DNA of 64,000 nt from Phascolarctobacterium succinatutens (GTDB taxonomy: Bacteria > Bacillota > Negativicutes > Acidaminococcales > Acidaminococcaceae), in the NCBI RefSeq assembly GCF_958453765.1, contig NZ_CAUDZA010000001.1, positions 150,675 to 214,674 of the forward strand, read 5' to 3'. Made by a program: the position numbers and the translations under genes. Numbering within the stretch: position 1 is the first letter of the stretch; each line of letters starts with the position of its first letter. The notes below the pieces were generated by a model, which saw nothing but the letters and a program-made list of their open reading frames with translations, did no database searches and had not been told where the DNA came from. Positions 49,124 to 59,507 of this stretch are shown piece after piece.

Positions 49124-49669
49124 ATGAAAAAATTTGTATGTCAAGTATGTGGTTATGTATATGAAGGTGAAGCTGCTCCGGCAAAATGCCCGCAATGCGG
49201 CGCTCCCGCTTCCAAATTCCAGGAAATGGCTGCTGAAATGGGCTGGGCTGCCGAGCACGTTGTAGGCATCGCTTCCGACGTTCCTGAAGATATCAAAGCT
49301 GACCTGCGCGCTAACTTCAACGGCGAATGCTCCGAAGTTGGTATGTACCTGGCAATGAGCCGCGTAGCTTTCCGCGAAGGCTATCCGGAAATCGGCCTGT
49401 ACTGGGAAAAAGCTGCTTTTGAAGAAGCTGAACATGCTGCTAAATTCGCAGAACTGCTGGGCGAAGTTGTAACCGACTCCACCAAAAAGAACCTGGAAAT
49501 GCGTGTAGAAGCTGAAAACGGTGCAACCGCAGGTAAAACCGACCTGGCTAAACGTGCCAAGGCTCTGAACCTGGATGCTATCCATGACACCGTTCACGAA
49601 ATGGCTCGTGACGAAGCTCGCCATGGCAAAGCTTTCGCAGGCCTGCTGAAAAGATATTTCGGCAAATAA
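49124..49669 (+). CDS. reverse rubrerythrin (N-terminal rubredoxin-like domain + C-terminal ferritin-like diiron domain)
   Basis: About 181 aa from [27 protein letters not shown] (CxxC...CxxC) followed by ExxH diiron motifs; RBS GGAGGG. Confidence 0.8.
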   Translation: MKKFVCQVCGYVYEGEAAPAKCPQCGAPASKFQEMAAEMGWAAEHVVGIASDVPEDIKADLRANFNGECSEVGMYLAMSRVAFREGYPEIGLYWEKAAFEEAEHAAKFAELLGEVVTDSTKKNLEMRVEAENGATAGKTDLAKRAKALNLDAIHDTVHEMARDEARHGKAFAGLLKRYFGK

Positions 49670-49936
49670 TTAACCAATAAAAATTAATAAGACTTAATAA
49701 GGCTCCCGCTGAGCAATCTTAACGGATTACAGCGGGAGTTTTTAGTTTTCAACGAACATTTTCAGCGTTTTTGGGAATCATTCCGCCAATCTTCTTATTT
49801 CAGGCACTTTCTTATGTTTTTCACACTTAAAAAGCCTTCAATATCTTTATAAATTGCTTCAGATATGATATTATATAAAGGTTAGGAAACATATTTAATG
49901 ACACTCATTATCACGTTCCTATAGGTGGTTAATTAT

Positions 49937-50599
49937 ATGCTTATTAAAACTAATTTTCATTATCCTGCTATGCTGCGTGTAGCAGGCAAAAACTGCGCAA
50001 TCATCGGCGGCGGTGCTGTTGCTGCCCGTAAACTGGCAACACTGCTGGCTGCCGAAGCTAAAGTAACAGTTGTTGCCCCACTTTTCTGTGACGAGGTGCA
50101 AAAGCTCGCCTCAGCGCAGGGATGCACGCTCATCAAGGATTACTACAAACCGGAATATCTGCAGAATGCATTTGTGGTTATTGCCGCCACAGATAATAAG
50201 GCTGTAAATAGGCAGATTTCAGAGGCTGCGCCCTGCCTCGTCAATAATATTACCGAACCTGAGCTGAGCAATTTCACTGTCCCCTCAGCCATCAGCGAAG
50301 GTGATATTACTATTGCGTTAGCAACAGGCGGCATGCCTGCTTTTACACGCCTGCTGAAAAAACAGCTGGAACACATTCTGACACCCGAGCTGGCTGACTT
50401 CAACAGCTTTCTGCTGCTGCAGAGGGAAGCTGTCAAAAACATCGAAAGTACGCCGCAGGAGCGGACGCAATTCTGGCGCAGTGTTTTGAAACAGGATTTA
50501 CTAAATTTAGTTATGGCAGGTAAGGCTGCTCAAGCAAAGGAGAAGGTATTAGATGCAGTTAACAGTTTTAGGACTCAATCACAGGACCGCCCCCGTTGA
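49937..50599 (+). CDS. precorrin-2 dehydrogenase / sirohydrochlorin ferrochelatase (SirC/CysG N-domain-like)
   Basis: About 220 aa; NAD-binding IIGGGAVAARK near the N-terminus; heads the hem operon; its 3' end overlaps hemA by 47 nt. Confidence 0.75.
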   Translation: MLIKTNFHYPAMLRVAGKNCAIIGGGAVAARKLATLLAAEAKVTVVAPLFCDEVQKLASAQGCTLIKDYYKPEYLQNAFVVIAATDNKAVNRQISEAAPCLVNNITEPELSNFTVPSAISEGDITIALATGGMPAFTRLLKKQLEHILTPELADFNSFLLLQREAVKNIESTPQERTQFWRSVLKQDLLNLVMAGKAAQAKEKVLDAVNSFRTQSQDRPR

Positions 50600-51857
50600 G
50601 ATCCGTGAACGTTTTAATTTTTCCAATGACAGGGTGGCAAGTATTCTGCGCCGCCTGCGCAATTACGATAACATTCCCGAAGCCATGCTGCTTTCCACCT
50701 GCAACCGCACAGAGCTGTACATGGTTATCGAAAATCCGCATGAAGCAATTCCTTTTATCAAATCATTGCTCAAGCATTTAGCAGGTGAACATTACCAAAG
50801 CGATTATTTTTACAATCTGAACGGAACAAATTGCGTCAAGCATCTGTTCCGTGTAGCCTCCAGTCTTGATTCACTGATTGTCGGCGAAGGCCAGATTCTC
50901 AGCCAGATTAAAAATGCTTATCAGATTGCCCGCAATAACGGTATGACAGATACAATTCTCAATACCATCATGAATAAGGCAATTGCTGTCGGCAAACGTG
51001 TGCGTACCGAAACAAAAATTGCTTACAGCAGTGTATCTGTTTCCAGCGCCGCTGTTGACTTGGCCATCAAAATTTTAGGCGACCTGAGCAAGTCACAGAT
51101 TTTGGTAGTCGGTGCCGGTCATATGAGCGAGCTCACCGCACAGCATCTGTTGGACAAGGGCGCGCAAACCATCTGCGTCAGCAACCGTCACTATGAAAGA
51201 GCTCAGGATTTGGCAGACAAATTCCATGGTACAGCCATTCCCTACCGTGCCATGTTCGAGCATGCCGCTGATGCCGATATTATCATTACCTCTACCGGTG
51301 CGCCGCATTACGTGCTTACTGTAGAAAATTTAGGACCGCTGCTGCCCAAGCGCAACGGCAGACCGCTGATTCTGATTGATATTGCCGTTCCGCGTGACGT
51401 CGACCCCAGACTGGCCGATGTTGCCGGCGTAACTATTTATAACATTGATGATCTGGAAGGCGTTGTTGATACCAACAAAAACTTCCGTGAAAAAGAAGCT
51501 CACGTTGCCGAGCAGATTATCAGCGAAGAGATTGGTGCCCTCAAGGAGCGCCTGCGTTATTACACCATGCGCCCTGTTATGGTACAGTTGCATGATAAAA
51601 TGAATTTCCTGCGCCAGAAGGTTTTAAAGAAGGCCTTCATTAAAATGCCAGAGCTTACCGACCATGAAAAGCGCATTATCGACCTGATGACTCAACGCCT
51701 GGAGCATAAATTTCTGCGCGAGCCTATGAAGGCTATGAATGCTGTAGCAGGTACTTCTGAGGAAGAACGCTATAAAAAAATGATGTGTGATTTATTTTTA
51801 TTAAATGAAACCGGAGAGGAGTTTGGTGATGAAAGCAAAATTGACGATTGGGACTAG
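50553..51857 (+). CDS. hemA: glutamyl-tRNA reductase
   Basis: 434 aa; MQLTVLGLNHRTAPVEIRERF N-terminus and a catalytic Cys region. Confidence 0.9.
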   Translation: MQLTVLGLNHRTAPVEIRERFNFSNDRVASILRRLRNYDNIPEAMLLSTCNRTELYMVIENPHEAIPFIKSLLKHLAGEHYQSDYFYNLNGTNCVKHLFRVASSLDSLIVGEGQILSQIKNAYQIARNNGMTDTILNTIMNKAIAVGKRVRTETKIAYSSVSVSSAAVDLAIKILGDLSKSQILVVGAGHMSELTAQHLLDKGAQTICVSNRHYERAQDLADKFHGTAIPYRAMFEHAADADIIITSTGAPHYVLTVENLGPLLPKRNGRPLILIDIAVPRDVDPRLADVAGVTIYNIDDLEGVVDTNKNFREKEAHVAEQIISEEIGALKERLRYYTMRPVMVQLHDKMNFLRQKVLKKAFIKMPELTDHEKRIIDLMTQRLEHKFLREPMKAMNAVAGTSEEERYKKMMCDLFLLNETGEEFGDESKIDDWD

Positions 51858-52749
51858 ACAAAGTCTTTTAGCGCTTTGGCAAAGTAATCATATTGCAGCC
51901 TTACTGCGTAAGGAGTATCCTGAATGTGAGGTTGTACTGAAAAAAATTGTCACCAAAGGCGACCGTATTTTAGACGTACCCCTAGCGCAAATCGGCGGCA
52001 AGGGTTTATTTACCAAGGAAATTGAAGAAGATCTTTTAAACGGTACTGTTGACCTGGCTGTGCATAGCCTGAAGGATATGCCTACCATTCTGCCGGAAGG
52101 CCTGTGCCTGACTGCAATTACCGAGCGTGCCAACGTCGGCGATGCTTTTGTCAGCAACAAATATGGCAGCTTCGAAGAGCTGCCGCTCGGTGCTGTAGTC
52201 GGCACCAGCAGCCTGCGCCGCAAGGCACAACTGTTAGCTAAGCGTCCGGATCTGGAAATCCGCGACCTGCGCGGCAACGTTGATACCCGTCTGCGTAAGC
52301 TGGACGAGGAACTGTACGATGCTATTATTCTGGCAGCTGCAGGCTTAGAGCGTCTAGGTCACGGTGACCGCATCTCCAGCCTGATTCCTGCTGATGTCTG
52401 CCTGCCGGCTGTAGGCCAGGGAGCATTGGCAATCGAAGCGCGTACCGAGGATAAAGAAGTACGCGATATGCTGAGCTTCCTAAACGACCTGAACACCAAA
52501 CAAGCTACCGATGCCGAGCGTGCCTTCTTGGGCTTACTGGAAGGCGGCTGTCAGGTTCCTATCGGTGTACATGCCGACGTTGAAGGTGAAAACATTCGCA
52601 TTGAAGCAATCATTGCTGCCTTGGACGGCAGCACTATTCTGCGTGATACAATAAACGGCAAGGCTGATGACGCTGTCAGCCTCGGTCAACAGCTTGGCAA
52701 AAAAATGTTGGCTGCCGGCGGTCAGGAAATTCTGGCCTCAATTCTTTAA
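51829..52749 (+). CDS. hemC: hydroxymethylbilane synthase (porphobilinogen deaminase)
   Basis: About 306 aa from MKAKLTIGTRQSLLALWQ...; dipyrromethane cofactor Cys region. Confidence 0.9.
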   Translation: MKAKLTIGTRQSLLALWQSNHIAALLRKEYPECEVVLKKIVTKGDRILDVPLAQIGGKGLFTKEIEEDLLNGTVDLAVHSLKDMPTILPEGLCLTAITERANVGDAFVSNKYGSFEELPLGAVVGTSSLRRKAQLLAKRPDLEIRDLRGNVDTRLRKLDEELYDAIILAAAGLERLGHGDRISSLIPADVCLPAVGQGALAIEARTEDKEVRDMLSFLNDLNTKQATDAERAFLGLLEGGCQVPIGVHADVEGENIRIEAIIAALDGSTILRDTINGKADDAVSLGQQLGKKMLAAGGQEILASIL

Positions 52750-52762
52750 GGAGAGTGACATT

Positions 52763-54280
52763 ATGACGAAACAAGGTAAAGTATATTTAATCGGTGCAGG
52801 CCCCGGCGACCCGGGACTTTTGGGACTCAAAGCTAAGGAATGTCTGCAGACTGCAGACGCTGTTGTTTATGACCGTCTGGCAGATCCGCGTATCCTGGCC
52901 TTCGCCCGCAAGGATGCAGAAATGGTTTACGTTGGTAAGGCCAGCGCTAACCACACCATGCGCCAGCCTGATATCAACAAGCTGTTGGTAAAACTGGCTG
53001 CCGAAGGTAAGGTTGTAGCACGTTTGAAGGGCGGCGACCCCTTTGTATTCGGCCGCGGCGGCGAAGAAGCCATCGAGCTGCGTGAAGCAGGCCTGCCGTT
53101 TGAGTTCGTTCCCGGCGTAACCAGTGCTATTGCCGTTGCCGAATATGCCGGTATCCCTGTTACCCATCGTCATGTAGCAACCTCCTTTGCCGTTATTACC
53201 GGTCACGAGGATCCTACTAAAGGCGAATCCACCATCCATTGGAAGGGTCTGGCAACCTCTGTTGACACTCTCGTTTTCCTCATGGGTGTAGAAAATATTG
53301 AAAAAATCAGCCGCGAGCTCATCGCTAACGGCCGCAGCGCCGACTGCCCGGCTGCCGTTATCCGCTGGGGCACTCATCCCGAACAGCGCACACTGATTAC
53401 CACCCTCGGCAAAGCTGCCGCTGACGTTAAGGCAACCGGCATGAAGCCGCCTGCTATCTTCCTCGTCGGTGAGGTTGTACGCCTGCGTGAGCAGCTGCAA
53501 TGGTTCGATAACAAGCCTCTCTTCGGCAAAACCGTTATCGTTACCCGCGCACGTGCACAGGCAAGCGCTCTCACCAAAAAGCTGGAAGCACAGGGTGCCA
53601 AGGTTATCGAAGCTCCGGCTATCAAAATTGTTCCGGCAGCAGATTACGCTCCGCTGGACAACGCTATTGCCAATATCAATGACTACAAATGGCTTGTCTT
53701 CACCAGCGCTAACGGCGTAGATTACTTCTTCGAGCGTTTGGGCGCAGCTAAGAAGGATGCCCGCGCCCTGGCTAACGTTAAGCTTGCCGCTATCGGCAGC
53801 GCCACCGCCAAGGCTCTGGCAGAGCACGGCCTCACCGCCGACCTCATTCCTTCTGCTTACAAAGCAGAGGAGCTGGCTGAAGCACTGGCTGGCGAAATCA
53901 CCGCCGGTGACAAAATCCTGCTGGCACGTGCTAAGGTTGCACGCGAAGTATTGCCCGAATCCCTGCGCAAAATCGGCGCTATCGTTGACGTCGTAACTGC
54001 TTACGAAACCGTTGCCGACTGCGAAAACAAGGATGAGCTCATCGAAGCCCTCGAAAGCGGCGAAGCAAGCATCGTAACCTTCACCAGCAGCAGCACCGTA
54101 ACCAACCTGCTGGAGGTTCTCGGCGATAAGAAGGAACTGCTGAACAAGGCTGCTCTGGCTGCCATCGGCCCTGTTACTGCCGATACCCTGAAAAAGCATG
54201 TCTATACTCCGGCTATCAATGCCGCTGAATATACAATCGACGGCCTCATGACCGCTATCACAAATTTTTATAATAAATAA
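52763..54280 (+). CDS. uroporphyrinogen-III C-methyltransferase / uroporphyrinogen-III synthase fusion
   Basis: About 505 aa from [20 protein letters not shown] (SUMT domain), then an HemD-like C-terminal half; RBS AAGGAGAG. Confidence 0.85.
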   Translation: MTKQGKVYLIGAGPGDPGLLGLKAKECLQTADAVVYDRLADPRILAFARKDAEMVYVGKASANHTMRQPDINKLLVKLAAEGKVVARLKGGDPFVFGRGGEEAIELREAGLPFEFVPGVTSAIAVAEYAGIPVTHRHVATSFAVITGHEDPTKGESTIHWKGLATSVDTLVFLMGVENIEKISRELIANGRSADCPAAVIRWGTHPEQRTLITTLGKAAADVKATGMKPPAIFLVGEVVRLREQLQWFDNKPLFGKTVIVTRARAQASALTKKLEAQGAKVIEAPAIKIVPAADYAPLDNAIANINDYKWLVFTSANGVDYFFERLGAAKKDARALANVKLAAIGSATAKALAEHGLTADLIPSAYKAEELAEALAGEITAGDKILLARAKVAREVLPESLRKIGAIVDVVTAYETVADCENKDELIEALESGEASIVTFTSSSTVTNLLEVLGDKKELLNKAALAAIGPVTADTLKKHVYTPAINAAEYTIDGLMTAITNFYNK

Positions 54281-54294
54281 GGAAGTGTATCAAG

Positions 54295-55284
54295 ATGAGT
54301 ATTACCGGTTTTCCTGTATACCGTCCGCGCCGCACACGCGCTACTGAAAATCTGCGTGCAATGATCCGTGAAACCGATGTTTCCGTAAAGGACTTAATCT
54401 ATCCGCTTTTCGTCGTTCCCGGCGAAAACGTTAAACATGAAATCGAATCTCTGCCCGGCAACTACCACTGGTCCATCGACCGCGTTATGGAATGTGTTGA
54501 CGAAGTTGTTGAGCTGGGTATTCCCGCTGTCCTGCTCTTCGGCGTACCGTCCTACAAGGATGCTGTCGGCAGCAGCGGCTGGGACATGAACGAGCCTGTA
54601 CAGCAAGCCTGCAAGCTGATTAAAGAAAAATATCCTGAGCTGGTTATCATTACCGACGTCTGCCTGTGCGAATACACCGAACATGGTCATTGCGGCGTAC
54701 TGCAAAACGGCTGCACCGTAAACAACGATGAAACTTTGCCGCTCCTGGCTAAGGTTGCCGTTTCCCATGCTCAGGCCGGTGCTGACATGATTGCTCCTTC
54801 CAATATGATGGACGGTTATGTTAAGGCTATCCGCGAAGCACTGGATGCAGCAGGCTTCAACCATATTCCTATTATGGCTTATTCCGCAAAATTTGCTTCC
54901 GCATATTACGGTCCATTCCGCGCCGCAGCAGACTCCGCTCCGTCCGCAGGCGACCGCAAGGGTTACCAGATGGACCCTGCCAACAGCGACGAGGCTCTGC
55001 GTGAGGTTGCTCTGGATATTGAAGAAGGCGCTGACATCGTTATGGTTAAACCGGCTCTGGCCTTCCTCGACGTTGTACAACGTGTACACGAAACATTTAA
55101 CCGTCCGCTGTGTGTTTATAATGTCAGCGGCGAATACGCTATGGTTAAAGCTGCAGCTGAAAAAGGCTGGATTGACGAAAAACGTATCGTTATGGAAACC
55201 ATGCTGGGCTTCAAGCGTGCCGGTGCCAAAATGATTATTACCTACCATGCGCTTGATGTAGCAAAATGGCTGCAAGGCAAATAA
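54295..55284 (+). CDS. hemB: porphobilinogen synthase (ALA dehydratase)
   Basis: 329 aa; ...[18 protein letters not shown]... and active-site Lys region; Cys-rich Zn site ([14 protein letters not shown]). Confidence 0.92.
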   Translation: MSITGFPVYRPRRTRATENLRAMIRETDVSVKDLIYPLFVVPGENVKHEIESLPGNYHWSIDRVMECVDEVVELGIPAVLLFGVPSYKDAVGSSGWDMNEPVQQACKLIKEKYPELVIITDVCLCEYTEHGHCGVLQNGCTVNNDETLPLLAKVAVSHAQAGADMIAPSNMMDGYVKAIREALDAAGFNHIPIMAYSAKFASAYYGPFRAAADSAPSAGDRKGYQMDPANSDEALREVALDIEEGADIVMVKPALAFLDVVQRVHETFNRPLCVYNVSGEYAMVKAAAEKGWIDEKRIVMETMLGFKRAGAKMIITYHALDVAKWLQGK

Positions 55285-55296
55285 GGAGATATAACA

Positions 55297-56595
55297 ATGG
55301 AACATACAAAATCTCAGGCTGCTTTTGAGGAAGCACGCCAATATATCCCCGGCGGCGTTAACAGCCCCGTGCGCTCCTTCCGCAGTGTCGGCGGTGTACC
55401 GCCGTTCATCTCCGGCGGCAAGGGCAGCAAAATCTATGACATCGACGGCAACGAATACATCGACTACGTTATGTCCTACGGTCCGCTGCTCATGGGCCAT
55501 GTACCCGACTGTGTAACCGACGCTATCAAGGCTGCTGCTGAAAAGGGCACCTCTTACGGCGCTCCGACTGTTGCCGAAACCGAGCTGGCAAAATTAATCT
55601 GCCACCTTGTTCCGTCCATGGATATGGTCCGCATGGTCAACAGCGGTACCGAAGCAACCATGAGCGCTCTGCGCTTAGCACGCGCCTACACCGGCCGTGA
55701 CTGCATCATTAAATTCATCGGCTGCTACCATGGTCACCATGACAGCCTGCTTGTAAAAGCAGGCAGCGGCGGAGCTACCTTCGGCGTACCTGACAGCCCG
55801 GGCGTCCCCAAGGCAGTAGCAGCAACCACTATTACCGTACCGTTCAACGATCTTCCTGCTCTGGAAAAGGTTTTTGCCGAGCGTGGCGAAGAAATCGCCT
55901 GCGTTATCATGGAGCCTACTCCGGGCAACATGGGCCTGGTTCTTCCGCACGAAGGCTTTCTGGAAGGCGTGCGTGCGATCACTAAAAAGTATGGTGCTCT
56001 ACTTATCTGTGATGAGGTTATGAGCGGCTTCCGCAGCGCTCAGGGCGGCAGCCAGTCCCTTTATGACATCGACCCCGATATCACCTGCCTCGGCAAGGTA
56101 ATCGGCGGCGGTCTGCCTGTTGCTGCTTACGGCGGCAAGCGTGAAATCATGCAAATGGTTTCTCCTGCTGGCCCGATGTATCAGGCAGGCACCTTAAGCG
56201 GTAACCCGCTGGCTATGGCTGCAGGCATTGCCGCACTCACCTACATGGAGCAGAACGATGTCTGCAACCGCGCAGAAAGCCTTTGCGCTATTCTGACTGG
56301 CGGTTTGGAAAAGGCCGCAGCTAAGGCTGGTGTGCCTGTACAGATTCACCGTCTCGGCAGCATGTTTACCGTCTTCTTCAGCGATAAACCGGTAACTGAT
56401 TTTGACAGCGCTGCAGCCAGCGATTTGGAAGCCTTCAAAATTTACTTCCACTCCATGCTGGAGCAGGGCATCTATCTGCCTCCTTCCCAATTCGAAACAA
56501 ACTTCGTTTCCGTTGCTCACAGTCCCGAGGATTTACAAAAGACTATCGACGCAGCAGAAGTTGCCTTCGCTGAGGTTGCCAAAGCAAGAAAATAA
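55297..56595 (+). CDS. hemL: glutamate-1-semialdehyde 2,1-aminomutase
   Basis: 432 aa class-III aminotransferase; ...[10 protein letters not shown]... Confidence 0.92.
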   Translation: MEHTKSQAAFEEARQYIPGGVNSPVRSFRSVGGVPPFISGGKGSKIYDIDGNEYIDYVMSYGPLLMGHVPDCVTDAIKAAAEKGTSYGAPTVAETELAKLICHLVPSMDMVRMVNSGTEATMSALRLARAYTGRDCIIKFIGCYHGHHDSLLVKAGSGGATFGVPDSPGVPKAVAATTITVPFNDLPALEKVFAERGEEIACVIMEPTPGNMGLVLPHEGFLEGVRAITKKYGALLICDEVMSGFRSAQGGSQSLYDIDPDITCLGKVIGGGLPVAAYGGKREIMQMVSPAGPMYQAGTLSGNPLAMAAGIAALTYMEQNDVCNRAESLCAILTGGLEKAAAKAGVPVQIHRLGSMFTVFFSDKPVTDFDSAAASDLEAFKIYFHSMLEQGIYLPPSQFETNFVSVAHSPEDLQKTIDAAEVAFAEVAKARK

Positions 56596-56694
56596 TAGAT
56601 AAAGCATTATAAAAAAAGCGTGCAGGCTTGCACAAGCTGACATCAGTCAGCAGTAAGCCTGCACGCTTTTAATTTTAAATTTTAAAATCTCATC

Positions 56695-57252
56695 TTAGCC
56701 ACGAATCAGCTTGATAGAAGGCACCGCCGCTCTGACAAATTTCCACAGCAGCACGGAAATACTGCAATCCATAACCGAATGCAAAACTGTACCCGCACCC
56801 ACCAGCACGATAACGCTCATCACAAAGCCGTTAGATAACTGTTCCGGTGTAAACATATAACCGCTGAAGAAGAAAGGCGCTACCACAAGCACCTCACCCA
56901 GAGCATGCAATACAGCAAGTCCCAGATTCAGACCGATACCGGCCACGAAGCTCTCCATAATATTCGGATAGCGCTTAATAATTAATGCACCGACCAGAGC
57001 GAAAATGATATGCGTTGCTGCACGCGCAGCGATAATCAGGGGTGTGGTTACGAAAAAGCCCATCGTTGTACCAAGGCAGACAGCAGCTGCCACCTTAGGC
57101 GAAATAAACATTGCCAAAAAAATTGCCACATGCGCACCCAAAGTAAAGGACATCGGTCCGATAATCACCTTCGGCATAACCATAGGTACAACCAAACCTA
57201 TAGCGCACAATACGCCTGCGAGAACAAGTTGATAAATATTTTTATGTTCCAA
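56695..57252 (-). CDS. small polytopic membrane protein, ECF-transporter S-component-like
   Basis: 185 aa with about 6 TM segments; size and topology fit an ECF S component, substrate unknown. Confidence 0.45.
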   Translation of the reverse strand: MEHKNIYQLVLAGVLCAIGLVVPMVMPKVIIGPMSFTLGAHVAIFLAMFISPKVAAAVCLGTTMGFFVTTPLIIAARAATHIIFALVGALIIKRYPNIMESFVAGIGLNLGLAVLHALGEVLVVAPFFFSGYMFTPEQLSNGFVMSVIVLVGAGTVLHSVMDCSISVLLWKFVRAAVPSIKLIRG

Positions 57253-57360
57253 GACTATTTCCTCCCAATCAAGTATTAGCTAGTGATTATAGCACTATTT
57301 GAGATAACTTGCAAGTACTATGTAAAAATGATTTTTTTTAAATTAGGTTATTCACTTCTC

Positions 57361-57455
57361 CCGGTGGATTTATCCCGATAATTTCCCACTTATCCCCAGT
57401 TTTTCACAAAAGTTATCCACAGTGTGCATAACTTTTGTGGATTGGTGGATAAAAG
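57361..57455. promoter_or_regulatory. cluster of DnaA-box-like 9-mers in a divergent intergenic region
   Basis: Perfect TTATCCACA at 57413-57421; 1-mismatch boxes TTATCCCCA (57391-99) and, inverted, TTATCCACC (57445-53); weaker TTATCCCGA (57371-79), AAATCCACC (57363-71, inverted) and CAATCCACA (57436-44, inverted); an AT-rich stretch lies just upstream (57320-57360). Confidence 0.5.
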
Positions 57456-57619
57456 CTGTGCATTCTCTTTATAAAAATCTGCCTTACAATAAACTCTTCT
57501 GTCTTCTGCTTATTATTCCGCTAACCAAACCTTCTCGATTTGACTTATTATCCATAATAGCATATAATTTAAGTAGGTTTATAGATAATTACCGAGTTTA
57601 ACTCAAAGGTGGAGAATCA

Positions 57620-58057
57620 ATGAAAATATCAACTAAAGGACGCTATGCCCTGCGCATGATGCTGGATCTGGCTGAGCATCAGCAGGATGGCTTCGTTGCC
57701 CTCAAGGACATTGCGGCAAGACAAAACATTTCCAAAAAATACTTGGAGCAGATTGTGCCTATTCTGAATAAATCCAACTTTCTGCAGGCTAACCGTGGCT
57801 TTCAGGGCGGTTACCGTCTGGTAAACGCACCGCGTGAGTATACTGTAGGCAGCATCCTGCGCCTTACAGAAGGCAACCTTACACCGGTAGCCTGTCTGGA
57901 CTTTAACCCTGTAGGCTGCGAGCGCCGCAACGAATGCATTACCTTACCGCTGTGGCAGGGACTGAACAAGGTTATTGCGGACTATCTGGACAATATCACC
58001 CTGCAGGATATTCTCGATAATTATAAAGCTCGCAGCATTGATAATTATTCAATTTAA
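57620..58057 (+). CDS. Rrf2-family transcriptional regulator (IscR/CymR-like)
   Basis: 145 aa; wHTH start MKISTKGRYALRMMLDLA and three Cys (C-x6-C-x5-C) typical of Fe-S-binding Rrf2 regulators. Confidence 0.85.
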   Translation: MKISTKGRYALRMMLDLAEHQQDGFVALKDIAARQNISKKYLEQIVPILNKSNFLQANRGFQGGYRLVNAPREYTVGSILRLTEGNLTPVACLDFNPVGCERRNECITLPLWQGLNKVIADYLDNITLQDILDNYKARSIDNYSI

Positions 58058-58062
58058 TGCTT

Positions 58063-58094
58063 AACCGCCGGTTACATAAAGCCGGCGGTTTTTT
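58063..58094 (+). terminator. terminator after the Rrf2 regulator
   Basis: Hairpin aaccgccgg...ccggcggtt + TTTTT; a second palindromic hairpin at 58107-58141 probably terminates cysK. Confidence 0.7.
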
Positions 58095-58175
58095 GCGCTC
58101 TAAATTAAAGAAAGCAGTCCGCGCGGACTGCTTTCTTTTGGTTAGGAAATGGGATGTGATATGTATTTTATCTGC

Positions 58176-59105
58176 TTATTCAGCAAATAACGGAGTGGAG
58201 AGATAACGCTCGCCGGTATCAGGCAGCAGCGCTACGATAACCTTGCCCTTGTTTTCCGGACGTTTTGCCAGCACAGTTGCCGCATATACAGCAGCACCGG
58301 AGGAAATGCCTATGAGCACGCCCTCCTTATGGGCAATAGCACGACCGGTTTTGAAGGCATCCTCGTTTTCAACAGCGATGATTTCATCATAAACCTTGGT
58401 ATCCAAAGTGTCAGGTACAAAGCCTGCGCCAATGCCCTGAATTTTATGCGGACCGGCAACACCTTTGGAAAGTACCGGAGAACCTGCAGGCTCTACAGCA
58501 ACAACCTTCACATTGGGATTTTGGGATTTCAGGTATCCGCCTACACCGGAAAGAGTACCGCCGGTACCTACGCCGGCAACAAAGATATCAACCTTTCCTT
58601 CGGTATCCTGCCAGATTTCCGGACCGGTAGATGCTCTGTGAGTTGCAGGGTTAGCAGGATTGGTGAACTGGCTGGGGATAAAGCTGTTTGGAGTGCTTTC
58701 TGCCAGCTCCTGAGCTTTGGCAATCGCACCTTTCATACCCTTAGCACCGTCAGTCAGTACCAGCTGTGCGCCATAAGCCTTCAGCAGATTGCGGCGTTCA
58801 ACGCTCATGGTTTCAGGCATAGTCAAAATAATTTTGTAACCGCGGGCAGCAGCTACGGATGCCAGACCGATACCGGTGTTGCCGCTGGTAGGCTCAATAA
58901 TAGTAGCCCCCGGCTTAAGAACACCCTTAGCCTCTGCATCATCAATCATTGCTTTAGCAATTCTATCTTTGACGCTGCCGGCGGGATTGAAATATTCCAG
59001 CTTGCCCAGAATCTTTGCTTCCAGCTTGTTTTCAGCTTCGTAGTTTTTCAGCTCCAGCAGCGGAGTGCCGCCAATCAAATCAGTAATGCTAGTATAAATT
59101 GCCAT
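58176..59105 (-). CDS. cysK: cysteine synthase A (O-acetylserine sulfhydrylase)
   Basis: 309 aa; PLP-Lys motif [15 protein letters not shown] loop. Confidence 0.92.
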   Translation of the reverse strand: MAIYTSITDLIGGTPLLELKNYEAENKLEAKILGKLEYFNPAGSVKDRIAKAMIDDAEAKGVLKPGATIIEPTSGNTGIGLASVAAARGYKIILTMPETMSVERRNLLKAYGAQLVLTDGAKGMKGAIAKAQELAESTPNSFIPSQFTNPANPATHRASTGPEIWQDTEGKVDIFVAGVGTGGTLSGVGGYLKSQNPNVKVVAVEPAGSPVLSKGVAGPHKIQGIGAGFVPDTLDTKVYDEIIAVENEDAFKTGRAIAHKEGVLIGISSGAAVYAATVLAKRPENKGKVIVALLPDTGERYLSTPLFAE

Positions 59106-59507
59106 AATAAATCGCTCCTTTATCTTTCTATAATCAGTAATTTTCTTCGTTTAGTTTTTGCTCTATATCAACAGGTAACCAAAGTCAACATCGTGTATTA
59201 AAATGTAAGCTCCTCATCGGTAAAATCCCTCATTTCCTCTGTTTATAATCTCTAGTAATCATAGTTGATTTATAGGTATTATTATACTGATTTTTTTCTT
59301 ACTGTCAACAAAAAGAATTAAAATTTTCTTCTCTTGACAAAAAAAGCTCTGTAATGTACCATATGAAACATATTGATACAGTAGGAATTGAATTTTACTC
59401 AAAATACGCCGCAAAAAGACGCTGACTCTGTAAATCTAACGCCGGTAAGCGTATAATATAAAAGTAAAAGCAGGATTTCCGCTATTGAAGGAGAATGTTT
59501 TACTATT

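Noticed and set aside
57320-57460. Chromosomal origin of replication (oriC)
   Set aside because: A DnaA-box cluster with an adjacent AT-rich stretch is present, but there is no dnaA/dnaN/rpmH nearby and the flanking genes are an ECF S-component and an Rrf2 regulator. A secondary DnaA-binding cluster is more likely, kept as a finding at moderate interest.
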